Positions 8,343-17,840 of a DNA stretch of 64,000 nt are shown here, in pieces. The position numbers and the translations under genes were made by a program. The stretch is taken from the IMG/VR virus record IMGVR_UViG_3300026274_000001; one strand, given 5' to 3'. Positions within the stretch are counted from its first letter, which is position 1; each line of letters begins with the position of its first letter. The notes below the pieces were generated by a model that searched no databases, was not told where the DNA came from, and was given only the letters and a program-made list of their open reading frames with translations. The stretch comes from a virus. Its lineage: Duplodnaviria; Caudoviricetes.

Positions 8343-9857
8343 ATGATCACAACAAAACTTCTCAACGACAACTTCTGCTTGGCTGCAGATGCCTATAAGT
8401 TCATGCACTATGCTCAGCTCCCTAAGGGTCTGAAGTTTGTGCAGAGCAGCGTGGTTCCACGCAAACCCAACGCGCATACTGATATGCTGGTAACTGCCGG
8501 TATTCAATACCTTGCAAAGTACCTTGCAAGCGTGCGTATCGACGAACATGATGTCGATGAATTGGTGTTAGAAGCAGGACAACAAGGCTACGAAGTTAAC
8601 GAAGCTAGCTGGCGTGATATGATTGCTCGTTTCGGTGGTCGTTTGCCCCTTCGTATTGAAGCATTGCCTGACGGTACGGTCGTTCGCCCGAACACCGCGG
8701 TCCTGACTATTGTCAATACCGACCCAGCATTTTACTGGTTGCCCTCGTATGTTGAAACAGTCGTCCAACGTATTATCTGGAAGTTTATGACTGTTGCTTC
8801 GATCAGCCGCTCGCTTTACAGCTTGCTGATGCAATATGCAATCAAGACTGGTGCAAATGTGGATATGGTTGTATATCAACTCCACAACTTTGGCGATCGC
8901 GGTGCTGACGCCGACGAAGCTGCACAATGGGCGGGAATCGCCCACGCAATGGTGTTTTCTGGCTCAGACAATTCCCGCGCCAATCCAAATATCAAGCGTC
9001 TTTACAACACTAAGAAGGCCTACACCTCATCTGTCGATGCAACTGAACATAGCACGATGTGCGCTAATTCTGATGCCAAGACGAAGAATGACTACGGCGC
9101 TGCTGTAATGCTTGTTGAGCGTCTGGAAGAAGCGGTTCGTCGTGCAGGTCGTGGTATTGGTGTTCCCGTGGTTAGCGGCGTAGTTGATACCTACAACCCA
9201 TATCGTTTTATCCGTGACTACTTGGGTTCTCCCGAACTGAAGGCGCGTATCGAAGCGTGTGGTCGTGCAGGCGGTAAGCTTGTTCTGCGTCCTGACAGCG
9301 GTGTTCCAGAAATCGAAGTGCCTAAGATCCTCGAGATTGCAGGTGAAGTATTTGGTTTCTCGGTCAACTCGCTGGGTTACAAGGAACTGGTTCCATATAT
9401 CGGCGTGCTGCAAGGCGACGGTATTAATCAAGAATCAGTACCACGTATTTTGGTAGCAACTTGCGATGTAGCTCGCTGGTCGTTTGGTAGCTTCCTGTTT
9501 GGTATGGGTGGTGGTTTGGTGCACGAAGCTGGACGTGATGAATTCTCATTCTCACAAAAGGCAACGGCTATGACGTTCAATTCGGACCCAAGCGTTAATG
9601 GTGACTGGATTGATCTGTTGAAGGAACCTATTACCGACACCAAGAAGAAGTCACTCACTGGATACATTATCAATGTGAAGGACGCTGATGGCACTATTCG
9701 CAGTATCAATCGCAAGAACTGGTACGGTGAAGCTATCGTGTACAACACTGTTGTTTTTGAAAACGGTGAAGCATTTGTTGATGACGTCAACTTTGACGAT
9801 GTTAAGGCTCGTGCTGTTGAAGGCATTAGCAAGACGGAACTGAAGCTGGCTGCATAA
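8343..9857 (+). CDS. nadV: nicotinamide phosphoribosyltransferase (NAMPT/NadV)
   Basis: DAYKFMH, LHNFGDRG, ATEHS, VVDTYN, LRPDSG, LQGDGI, FGMGGGL motifs. Confidence 0.92.
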   Translation: MITTKLLNDNFCLAADAYKFMHYAQLPKGLKFVQSSVVPRKPNAHTDMLVTAGIQYLAKYLASVRIDEHDVDELVLEAGQQGYEVNEASWRDMIARFGGRLPLRIEALPDGTVVRPNTAVLTIVNTDPAFYWLPSYVETVVQRIIWKFMTVASISRSLYSLLMQYAIKTGANVDMVVYQLHNFGDRGADADEAAQWAGIAHAMVFSGSDNSRANPNIKRLYNTKKAYTSSVDATEHSTMCANSDAKTKNDYGAAVMLVERLEEAVRRAGRGIGVPVVSGVVDTYNPYRFIRDYLGSPELKARIEACGRAGGKLVLRPDSGVPEIEVPKILEIAGEVFGFSVNSLGYKELVPYIGVLQGDGINQESVPRILVATCDVARWSFGSFLFGMGGGLVHEAGRDEFSFSQKATAMTFNSDPSVNGDWIDLLKEPITDTKKKSLTGYIINVKDADGTIRSINRKNWYGEAIVYNTVVFENGEAFVDDVNFDDVKARAVEGISKTELKLAA

Positions 9858-9878
9858 GCAGCAATGCGGGATGTAAAA

Positions 9879-9904
9879 CGATGAGCCCCAATTGGGGCTC
9901 ATCG
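9879..9904. terminator. perfect 26-bp palindrome / likely terminator
   Basis: CGATGAGCCCCAATTGGGGCTCATCG after NAMPT stop; no clear U-tract. Confidence 0.6.
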
Positions 9905-9978
9905 ACCATTTGAGATTTCTACCACGCAAGCACAATAATTGCTGCTCTGTTGTTCCTTAATTTAACAACGAGAATGAC

Positions 9979-10239
9979 ATGAAAATTTTGATGATAGGCC
10001 TAATTGCAGCAGCAGCGTTTGCTACCCCCTTAGCACAAGCCAAAGGCTGTCTGGTGGGAGCGGCAGCTGGTGGAGTAGCGGGGCATGTCGCTGGTCACCA
10101 TGCGATTCTAGGTGCTGCTGGAGGGTGTGTGGCGGGTCACGAAATTGCAAAGCACAACGACCGCAAGCGTGCTGAGGAACACAACCAACAATATAGTAAC
10201 TCACAACACAACGACCACCGCACTGAACAACAGAATTAA
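9979..10239 (+). CDS. secreted/membrane glycine-zipper protein
   Basis: signal peptide then KGCLVGAAAGGVAGHVAGHHAILGAAGGCVAGH. Confidence 0.8.
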   Translation: MKILMIGLIAAAAFATPLAQAKGCLVGAAAGGVAGHVAGHHAILGAAGGCVAGHEIAKHNDRKRAEEHNQQYSNSQHNDHRTEQQN

Positions 10240-10249
10240 TTTTTAGGTG

Positions 10250-10276
10250 AAAGAGCACCATGTTTGGTGCTCTTTT
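10250..10276 (+). terminator. intrinsic terminator
   Basis: AAAGAGCACCA-tgtt-TGGTGCTCTTTT. Confidence 0.75.
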
Positions 10277-10343
10277 GCCGTGTGGCTCTTGCATTTGCAT
10301 TCATATGAAATTACACTAAAGAAAATAACTGAAAGGAAGTCAC

Positions 10344-10646
10344 ATGAGCATCTCGGTCGAAGAAATCGCAATTGATGTTAAACAACTGGTTGACAGCTTA
10401 ATCACCCAACACGATACCAAATACGATCGGTTGTTACTTGAAGTAAAAGAAATGAAAAGGGAATTCATACACGCAATTGACGAAGCTCGTGTGATTCTGC
10501 TTGAACACAAGGACAATGCCCTGACCGCCAATGCGATCGAATGTGAAGGTTACCTGCGTGCATTGCTTTCGATGCAAGTGGGCTTCAATAGGACTTTTGA
10601 TTCTTTCATAAAAGAAGATGAGACTCCACATGATGATTCGAACTGA
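10344..10646 (+). CDS. hypothetical protein
   Basis: SD AAGGAAG; downstream of TTGCAT-17-TACACT promoter carrying TTCATATGAA. Confidence 0.7.
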   Translation: MSISVEEIAIDVKQLVDSLITQHDTKYDRLLLEVKEMKREFIHAIDEARVILLEHKDNALTANAIECEGYLRALLSMQVGFNRTFDSFIKEDETPHDDSN

Positions 10647-11118
10647 AGAAGACGTCATCCGTGCTTACGGTTATGCGACTGATCTGTCCAAGTTGCTTCG
10701 AAACTATTTCGAATTGTGGCGTAAGCATTGCAACGGAATCAACAACATCACAATTCCCAAAGGCAAGTTCTGGGTCCAAGTACTCAGGCCGGTAAGTGAA
10801 ACGATCTTGTTGGTTCGTATTGTCAATATTGATAAAACGGAGCATTCACTAGAATACCGTACGCCAATATATGATCTTGGTGCTAGTGAAAACGATGGGG
10901 CAGATGGCGTATTGTATTACGATACTGGTACTAATACCTGGTTCGAAGACCTTCTGGATGGCTTTCGCGTCAATGTTTCAGTACCAGGATTATTGTGTGA
11001 AGACGTCGAGGCACATTTGATTGAACTTCGCAGAGATCACGACGAACGTGAACGTGAAAAAGCACGAGTGCAAGAAATTCAGGAACTTGAAAATAGACTT
11101 ACTCAGCTCAAGAAGTAG
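10630..11118 (+). CDS. hypothetical protein
   Basis: overlapping start; coiled-coil C-terminus. Confidence 0.7.
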   Translation: MMIRTEEDVIRAYGYATDLSKLLRNYFELWRKHCNGINNITIPKGKFWVQVLRPVSETILLVRIVNIDKTEHSLEYRTPIYDLGASENDGADGVLYYDTGTNTWFEDLLDGFRVNVSVPGLLCEDVEAHLIELRRDHDEREREKARVQEIQELENRLTQLKK

Positions 11119-11218
11119 GCTGGACGATGTAGTTGCATAGCAACAATTCCATGACAGTGTTGCTCCTTACTACGGTTAGCTATAGATTAAATGCGGTGGC
11201 TAATTAAGGGGAACGATC

Positions 11219-11563
11219 ATGTTTACCGTATTACGCTTGCGTTTACGACGCAGGGCGAACACTAGCAAATTCACGAAACGAGTAGCTTGGCAGGAACCGT
11301 GGACTGATGTTATAACTGACTTCTGTTCACATTTAACGTCAGAGTCGGATTTCAAACCAGAAGAGTTAAAGGACAAGTTGGTATCGCTAGTTCAAATGGA
11401 ACTGTTTTTCCGAACTACGTCCTGGGTGGATTCCAGTGACTTGGCTAAAATTGAATCATATACCACGTCTCTGATTCAGTTTGCTGAAGAAATTGAGCAG
11501 ATAGAACAAGACTTGCTGGCTGGAGGTTCGCCATTCGCCAATAATTATAGCTGCATGGTGTAG
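11219..11563 (+). CDS. hypothetical protein
   Basis: SD AAGGGG. Confidence 0.65.
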   Translation: MFTVLRLRLRRRANTSKFTKRVAWQEPWTDVITDFCSHLTSESDFKPEELKDKLVSLVQMELFFRTTSWVDSSDLAKIESYTTSLIQFAEEIEQIEQDLLAGGSPFANNYSCMV

Positions 11564-11597
11564 ACATTCACATGTGACTATGGTTGTTTTGTACAAT

Positions 11598-11623
11598 AAG
11601 AGCGCTAGAGAAGGCGCTCTTTT
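11598..11623 (+). terminator. intrinsic terminator
   Basis: AAGAGCGC-8-GCGCTCTTTT. Confidence 0.65.
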
Positions 11624-11698
11624 GCCATGTGGCTTTTATTCGCTTGACTTACATTGGTAATCATTTAAAATGAATGCGTAACCACTGAAGGAGTAATC

Positions 11699-12133
11699 AT
11701 GCTGCCTATGTTCCAAAAGATCTTCGGCTCGAAGACCTCAGAACCAATGAATTCGCAACTGTCAAAAATCCTGCTCGATATCGGCCCTGCAAAGACAGAC
11801 GAAAAGTTTGACGGCTGGTATCATTTCATAAAAGATGTGGTCTCATCATCCAAACAACAAAATGACGCCTTAGAATGGGTGAAAGATTCCGGTGCCTGCA
11901 AGTACGAACACGTCTTGTGGAAGTCAATCGCCAGTAACATCTACTTCCGCACTAAACGGCATCCAGATATCGAAGCAATCAAACAACTGGATCGAGCCGC
12001 AGTCAATAACTGGGATTACATCAATCAACTCGCATACAACTGCATGCGATACGAAGCCGAACTACTGGCGGCTCCCGACCAAGAAGCACTGACAACCCTG
12101 CGCGAAATTACCGCATCACTGGCATCGGAGTGA
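11699..12133 (+). CDS. hypothetical protein
   Basis: SD AAGGAG; TTGACT-16-TAAAAT upstream. Confidence 0.75.
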   Translation: MLPMFQKIFGSKTSEPMNSQLSKILLDIGPAKTDEKFDGWYHFIKDVVSSSKQQNDALEWVKDSGACKYEHVLWKSIASNIYFRTKRHPDIEAIKQLDRAAVNNWDYINQLAYNCMRYEAELLAAPDQEALTTLREITASLASE

Positions 12134-12420
12134 ACGTGGCCAAAGTCAAAGTCACCATAGAAATGGATATCGATCCCCGCTTCCTAGAACAAGACGGTAA
12201 GGGAAAACCAGCCCCCGGCTTCGCGGAACAATACGTATTCGATCACTTGATCAAAGCAGCAGAACTGCATCATCGCGTAAACAGTCTACGTATCATCACT
12301 AGTAAAACAGTGGACCCCGAAACCATCCAGGCAATGATCAGACTCAATGAAATACACCTGGATACCCTCAGTAAAGCTGAACAACGTATGGTAATAGAAT
12401 ACCTACCAGACACTCTATAA
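12130..12420 (+). CDS. hypothetical protein
   Basis: GTGA overlap. Confidence 0.7.
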   Translation: MNVAKVKVTIEMDIDPRFLEQDGKGKPAPGFAEQYVFDHLIKAAELHHRVNSLRIITSKTVDPETIQAMIRLNEIHLDTLSKAEQRMVIEYLPDTL

Positions 12421-12448
12421 CCCTCACCACTGCTCCAGTAATGAGCGA

Positions 12449-12646
12449 ATGAGACCTAGTAACTACATAATAACCAAGACCATACCAATGATTACACGAC
12501 TTATGAATAAGAAAATGATTTCAATAATCATACTTGCTCTTTTGATTATGGTCGGTCTTGCAATGTACTGCCCCGATATACCCATCATTATCGCTTTTCT
12601 GATACTGCTCATAACCCTACCAACAGCGTTTATATTCATCTCATAA
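12449..12646 (+). CDS. small membrane protein
   Basis: two hydrophobic segments; exact start uncertain. Confidence 0.55.
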   Translation: MRPSNYIITKTIPMITRLMNKKMISIIILALLIMVGLAMYCPDIPIIIAFLILLITLPTAFIFIS

Positions 12647-12664
12647 CAACCGAGGAGACCAACA

Positions 12665-13042
12665 ATGAAATTCTTCCATAAAGATCGCCTAGTACGATTG
12701 GCAATCGCCCCAGTAATCGCATTCGCAATCACGTGGTTCTGGCCACGAGAAATTCATAGCCTACCACTGATACTCACCTTGACTGCAATAGCTACTGTGG
12801 CATCATGGCTATTACAACTCTGTATCACTGAACCGAAACTAAAAGTTAACTGGCCGCTAGTCCATTACTGTACCATATTACCAGCAATAGTCCTGACAGT
12901 AATGACACTGCTAACGCACCCAACTACACACCAACAAGTAATCTCTACAGTGATGATATCACTAGCGATTACTATCTTGGTATCAGCGGCAGAATTCTTC
13001 CTAGTTGGTATACCTGGTAAGAAGAAGAGATCAGAACAGTAA
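12665..13042 (+). CDS. multi-pass membrane protein
   Basis: SD GAGGAG; ~4 hydrophobic segments. Confidence 0.75.
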   Translation: MKFFHKDRLVRLAIAPVIAFAITWFWPREIHSLPLILTLTAIATVASWLLQLCITEPKLKVNWPLVHYCTILPAIVLTVMTLLTHPTTHQQVISTVMISLAITILVSAAEFFLVGIPGKKKRSEQ

Positions 13043-13073
13043 CTCCCCCTTCCTGTACAATGGCTATCAAAGG

Positions 13074-13260
13074 ATTCATGGAGGTTATTAACTTTGCCTA
13101 ATGACTACTTGAGATCAATTACAGAAAGCTACGGAACCCAGATAGAACTTGTGATTGTGGCTCCTTCACGATTCTTCTTCTAGAGGAATTCATGGAGGTT
13201 TCTATCATAAAAAGGGACATCTGGGACCCTTCACGGATGACATCAAACCCAGATAGAACT
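13074..13260. repeat. intergenic shuffled direct repeats (A-B-C-A-C-B)
   Basis: ATTCATGGAGGTT x2, AACCCAGATAGAACT x2, CCTTCACG x2. Confidence 0.75.
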
Positions 13261-13273
13261 CTCGATACTCAAC

Positions 13274-13573
13274 ATGGACTTTTACTGTAAGCTAAACGTA
13301 GTCGCATTCAGTGATGGACTGCATTATTACTTTGTTCGAGTATTTGGTGATGGCGCATTGGTAGAAGACATGCCACATGATGGTATGTGCAGCGATTCAA
13401 AGCAAGCAGATGAACAGCTAGTTGCCTTTTTGGAAAAAGCGAATATCGAACGAGAAATCACGATAGTTGATCCATCTGGGGTTAGTAGAACCGTAACATT
13501 GGACGATAATCCTGATTACTTCAAACGCAGATACTACCGAATAGGCACTGCTGAACTATATGTTAATTTGTAA
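13274..13573 (+). CDS. hypothetical protein
   Basis: ORF in co-oriented block. Confidence 0.65.
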   Translation: MDFYCKLNVVAFSDGLHYYFVRVFGDGALVEDMPHDGMCSDSKQADEQLVAFLEKANIEREITIVDPSGVSRTVTLDDNPDYFKRRYYRIGTAELYVNL

Positions 13574-13909
13574 ATGAATTGTACCCAATACGTGGTCGTA
13601 TATGAAGAGCTTGGTGACTTTTACTTCCTGGAAGATTCGAGTTCTGCCAGGTTCGTTACTTGGTTGCCCGTGAGTAATTTGTATGCCACAATTGAACTTG
13701 CTTGGTGGGGTTTATATGAAGCGATTGATTATGGTTTAAAAAATGGCATACAAATCGTAGGGGTGCGAGCCAAAGACATAGATGTGATTACCGATCATTC
13801 GCATCCACTTTTTTATATTGGCTATCACAATATCGTTCCAGTTAAGTTGGAACTTCAGGTTGATGGCAAAGTAAATGCCAGCCGTCATTTGAAGGGAATG
13901 TATGATTGA
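13574..13909 (+). CDS. hypothetical protein
   Basis: abuts previous stop; YVVVY start shared with next gene. Confidence 0.65.
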   Translation: MNCTQYVVVYEELGDFYFLEDSSSARFVTWLPVSNLYATIELAWWGLYEAIDYGLKNGIQIVGVRAKDIDVITDHSHPLFYIGYHNIVPVKLELQVDGKVNASRHLKGMYD

Positions 13910-14213
13910 TTTGCCCACCAAAGCTCAATTGTACGTGGTCGTTTATGATGACGGCAACGAACGATTGTATTTGGACAAAAAGAAGGGATTGCTTACGAGC
14001 AAAGTGCCACTACGTTCGTTGACACCAGACCCCGCGGTTGCAACCCGATGGATTACTAGTCATTTACAATGGGCAGATCGTTTCAATATGATGTATCATA
14101 TTGTTTCTGATCGTATACATTGTATGAGTACCGTATGGCGAGAAAAATATCCGCAGTATTTCAAGCGCGAAAATTATAAAATTGCCGTGGTGAAAATAGA
14201 AGTGATTTTGTAA
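13902..14213 (+). CDS. hypothetical protein
   Basis: overlap start; LYVVVY motif. Confidence 0.65.
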   Translation: MIDLPTKAQLYVVVYDDGNERLYLDKKKGLLTSKVPLRSLTPDPAVATRWITSHLQWADRFNMMYHIVSDRIHCMSTVWREKYPQYFKRENYKIAVVKIEVIL

Positions 14214-14220
14214 GAGTGAT

Positions 14221-14292
14221 ACTGTAACACTGTTACAGAAATATTGATGTGTAGGCATGGTCTATAACTGCTACAGTGTTACTGTAACAGTG
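14221..14292. repeat. clustered CTGTAACA/TGTTACAG inverted repeats
   Basis: CTGTAAC-act-GTTACAG plus 3 further copies within 72 bp. Confidence 0.65.
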
Positions 14293-14530
14293 ATTCGACG
14301 GACGGCATATAGCCAGATTGACTTTATATTCTACTTGAACAACACCGAGAGATCAAGTGAAATTTCATTTGGTTGCAGGAAACTTTTGGAAGTCCTGGTG
14401 CCTTTTCCGTTCTTATAGTAGGCGCTCGTTCGCATTATCAATCAAGCATTAAGTGAAAATAATCATTTGGCGCTTGCATCTGTGCCACACGAGCGTATCA
14501 TGTGAATAAGATAACAGACCGGAGAATGCA

Positions 14531-14905
14531 ATGAGCTACAGCGATTTCACTACTGCGTCCTTGGACGAGATTTATGCGGAGGGCAAGCGTCGTGGACTTT
14601 CGTTCGGTGGCGGTGCTGATATGCCCCAAGCAGGGGATCGGTGCTATGTAGACGACGGTAGCCTTGTTGAAGTCTCTGACACTGCAACATTGGAAGAAGC
14701 GATGTTGTATCAAGCATACAATGCAGAAAACCATGGTCGTGACTACTCTCCGTTCGAGTTTATCGCTGACGCGATCAATCAACGCGGCGACAGTGAACAA
14801 GCCTGGGAGAAGTACAGCGCAGGTATTGACGCGGGCATAAAGGAAAACATCGAAGCCAGGATTGCTGCTGTTGCAAGCTACTGGTTTAACGGGGAGGAAG
14901 CATAA
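14531..14905 (+). CDS. hypothetical protein
   Basis: SD GGAGA; family promoter at 14463-14502. Confidence 0.75.
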   Translation: MSYSDFTTASLDEIYAEGKRRGLSFGGGADMPQAGDRCYVDDGSLVEVSDTATLEEAMLYQAYNAENHGRDYSPFEFIADAINQRGDSEQAWEKYSAGIDAGIKENIEARIAAVASYWFNGEEA

Positions 14906-15324
14906 TGAAAATCGATACGCGGGTCCAATACGTTGCTAACGACGGTACTGCATTCAACAGAGAAGACGATTGCTTGGCCTACGAAGAAGAAGTTGCCGAA
15001 CAAGCCAAGAACACTACGTACTGGTATGTTGTGTTCAATCCCGACCTTACAGAAGGGCGTGGATATTACGGCTATGCGGCGTTTAAGCTGATGACCGCGT
15101 ATATGGCCAAGGAATTCATGGAAGACTTCTGCTTTGATAATTATGGCCGGAAGGTAGCGTTTGTGCAGGGAGCTTCAGCGATGACAAGCTGGCATCTCTC
15201 CAAGATCGAAAAAGAAGTATTCGATCGTCCAGTTGATGGACAGTGCGGCGACTCGAAGATTAGGGGTAAGAAATATACCCTGAAGTTTGTCGATCACAAG
15301 TTGGTTATCGACAAGGAAATTTAA
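14905..15324 (+). CDS. hypothetical protein
   Basis: TAATG overlap; SD GGAGG. Confidence 0.75.
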   Translation: MKIDTRVQYVANDGTAFNREDDCLAYEEEVAEQAKNTTYWYVVFNPDLTEGRGYYGYAAFKLMTAYMAKEFMEDFCFDNYGRKVAFVQGASAMTSWHLSKIEKEVFDRPVDGQCGDSKIRGKKYTLKFVDHKLVIDKEI

Positions 15325-15335
15325 GCGAATGATTA

Positions 15336-15359
15336 AAATGGCTACTCAGGTAGCCATTT
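15336..15359. other. perfect 10-bp inverted repeat
   Basis: AAATGGCTAC-tcag-GTAGCCATTT just upstream of TATAAT. Confidence 0.6.
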
Positions 15360-15384
15360 GTGTATAATGCGATATCGCATTTAA

Positions 15385-15720
15385 ATGATAAGGAACAAAA
15401 TGACTGAACGAATTCACCCTCCTGGCTGGGATCCAATTGCATACCTGAAGGGTCGTCATACGAAGCAATTGCTTGGACTGAAGGACGAACTGTACCGCAT
15501 GAACGGCGGCGGTCGCGATATTCAACGAACGCTTGGTACTGAACAACAAGCGTCGGTACACGATGATGTCTACTTGGATGTTATCGGTGAAGGCAACAGT
15601 GGTTGCATTGTGACTCTTTCTGAGATCAAAGCAGAACTAGCCACGCGTCCCCATGTACCGAACAAGCAAGAGGCTAAAGCTATTCGTCAAGGACTGGCGA
15701 AAGCGCAGCAAAACAGATGA
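15385..15720 (+). CDS. hypothetical protein
   Basis: ORF; start may be ATG 15400. Confidence 0.7.
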   Translation: MIRNKMTERIHPPGWDPIAYLKGRHTKQLLGLKDELYRMNGGGRDIQRTLGTEQQASVHDDVYLDVIGEGNSGCIVTLSEIKAELATRPHVPNKQEAKAIRQGLAKAQQNR

Positions 15721-16016
15721 GTGACGACCTGGAGCGGTTCAACGTTGAACGTGCTTCTCATGTAACTATCGGGGATCAGCATTTTGTGATCCTTGATGGA
15801 TACTTGGGGCAATATCCAGTTGGGCCCCGCCCAGAAGGAGTGACCCCAGTAGTGATGCAGTATGAGCTACAGCACTTGACGGTTCCGCTGGATCGCACTC
15901 AGTATCGCATGATGCAATTACGTGATAGTGATATGGTGTGGATCAAGTACAAGGTGGAATCTGGCAAGACTGGTAATGAAGATTACAAGATCCATATTAT
16001 TACAGAAGCACGGTAA
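15717..16016 (+). CDS. hypothetical protein
   Basis: ATGA overlap. Confidence 0.7.
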   Translation: MSDDLERFNVERASHVTIGDQHFVILDGYLGQYPVGPRPEGVTPVVMQYELQHLTVPLDRTQYRMMQLRDSDMVWIKYKVESGKTGNEDYKIHIITEAR

Positions 16017-16078
16017 TCGCTTGTGTTCCTAGCCATATGAACTTAGAATGGTTTATGTGAATATCAGCAGGAGCGAGT

Positions 16079-16633
16079 ATGACTAGGACTGCTACTCAAA
16101 AGGCAAAACGAAAGGCAAAGCGCACGGTAACTTTCGCCCAAACAGGCCCTAAACCGCAGTCTGAATTAAAGACACCCTGGAACCCTAGCAAAACAGCGAT
16201 AGCTAGGGTGAAGGATGTATTACCGATCCCCACCAGATGTCATCTGTGCCAATGTGAAAACATTGAGATCGTAGATCATATCACGATTTACGGACGGCTG
16301 TTTGATAGTGACTGGCCTTGGTGCTATCGTTGTACTGGCTGTAAGGCATATGTGGGGATGCATCCATTCACCAATTTGCCAGTCGGCACCCTTGCTGATG
16401 AACCTCTACGCTATGCTAGAAAGCATGGTAAGGAACCGTTTGAGAAGCTGTGGAAATCTGGTAAGATGACTCGTGATCAAGCATACGAAGAGCTTGCTGC
16501 ACATTTGGATATTGAAAAAAACGAATGTCACTTCGGATGGTTTGACGAGGAACTCTGTTGGGAAGCAATGGAGTGGGCAATTGAAAAACAAAAAGAACTA
16601 GGTCTTTACGTAAGGCCAATAACCGAAGAATAA
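16079..16633 (+). CDS. zinc-finger protein (DUF3268-like)
   Basis: CHLC...IYG..WPWCYRCTGCKAYVGMHP..PVGTLA...CHFGWFD. Confidence 0.75.
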   Translation: MTRTATQKAKRKAKRTVTFAQTGPKPQSELKTPWNPSKTAIARVKDVLPIPTRCHLCQCENIEIVDHITIYGRLFDSDWPWCYRCTGCKAYVGMHPFTNLPVGTLADEPLRYARKHGKEPFEKLWKSGKMTRDQAYEELAAHLDIEKNECHFGWFDEELCWEAMEWAIEKQKELGLYVRPITEE

Positions 16634-16634
16634 C

Positions 16635-16796
16635 ATGCAGAATGAAGTAGTTACATTGAAAGACGATGAACATCGAGTTAAGTTTCAAGGCAAACTAACC
16701 ACTCGTCAATTTACAACTAAGGGTGCCGCGCTTTCATATCTTATAGCCCTTGCCGCAGGTAAACAGCAGCCAGAATTCATTATTGGATACAAATGA
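16635..16796 (+). CDS. small hypothetical protein (not in ORF track)
   Basis: 53-aa ORF filling gap, ATGA overlap with next gene. Confidence 0.55.
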   Translation: MQNEVVTLKDDEHRVKFQGKLTTRQFTTKGAALSYLIALAAGKQQPEFIIGYK

Positions 16797-17038
16797 CTGG
16801 AATCGCACACATAGTTTATTTGGTTAAATTCGATCTCGGATACTACGCCGATACTCAGTTTGATTACGATTGGAGTTACACTACTGACGTGTATGCTGCG
16901 AAGCGTTATAACTTAGAAGATTTGGCACACGAACGAGGCGAATGGGGAATTGGTTTGATACAAAATGATCTACAACCAATTCCAACCTCCTATGTGGTTG
17001 AGCAGTTCAAAATTACAACTATTATGGAACCTGTTTGA
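16793..17038 (+). CDS. hypothetical protein
   Basis: coupled ORF. Confidence 0.65.
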   Translation: MTGIAHIVYLVKFDLGYYADTQFDYDWSYTTDVYAAKRYNLEDLAHERGEWGIGLIQNDLQPIPTSYVVEQFKITTIMEPV

Positions 17039-17811
17039 TGACGCTTGCGGAAGCACACGCTTATGGTATTGATGTAACGGAAATTGGTGATAAGCTTTAT
17101 TTTGTAAAAGGCGGTCAACTGGTAGAACGATCGTGGATGAAACCAGAATATGATGGTGATAATTTCATCCCTCGTTCAGGTACAAACGCATACTGCTATC
17201 ATCTGATTTCACCAGAAGAATCAGCCAAATATGCGTTCGATGCCGTCTATTTTACCGATGACGTAATCTTGAAGGACGTAATGACTTTTATGCTGGCCAA
17301 TCCAGCATATCAAGCCATAATTGGCTGTCATTGCGTTGAAGTGAGTGAGCGTGGATTACAGCGCTTTATTCCCGTTGACAAACTTGACGGTGACATAGAA
17401 TACCTGGAAGTATACAGTTTGGAAACAATTGACAGCCATTCGGTTTACTATTGTGATGACTCTGAAGTTCAACAAGAATTACCAGCAATTCAAGGCTCTA
17501 GGTTCCCAAGCTTTCATGGTATCGGTCGTGTTCTTGAGAAAGATCAAGAACCTTATAAAAAGGGTGATCGTATTCAATGGGGGATATCAGCAAGCAATGC
17601 GGAAACTTTAGCTGCATTACCATTGCGTTTGAATCATACACATAACATTTATGATGAACGTATACCATTCAGCAGTTCTACAGAATATAAACCGTTGTTG
17701 ACTTACACCAGACTGTATTCAATGTTGGATGTATTAAAGGCAATCTTTTGGGAAATGACCTGGTATGGTCCACCAAAAGATCTTGATGATCTGGATGAAA
17801 TTGACATTTAA
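17035..17811 (+). CDS. hypothetical protein
   Basis: 258-aa ORF, followed by terminator. Confidence 0.75.
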   Translation: MMTLAEAHAYGIDVTEIGDKLYFVKGGQLVERSWMKPEYDGDNFIPRSGTNAYCYHLISPEESAKYAFDAVYFTDDVILKDVMTFMLANPAYQAIIGCHCVEVSERGLQRFIPVDKLDGDIEYLEVYSLETIDSHSVYYCDDSEVQQELPAIQGSRFPSFHGIGRVLEKDQEPYKKGDRIQWGISASNAETLAALPLRLNHTHNIYDERIPFSSSTEYKPLLTYTRLYSMLDVLKAIFWEMTWYGPPKDLDDLDEIDI

Positions 17812-17814
17812 CAA

Positions 17815-17840
17815 AAAGGCCTCCGTGGAGGCCTTTCTTT
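17815..17840. terminator. bidirectional terminator
   Basis: AAAGGCCTCC-gt-GGAGGCCTTTCTTT between convergent genes. Confidence 0.75.
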
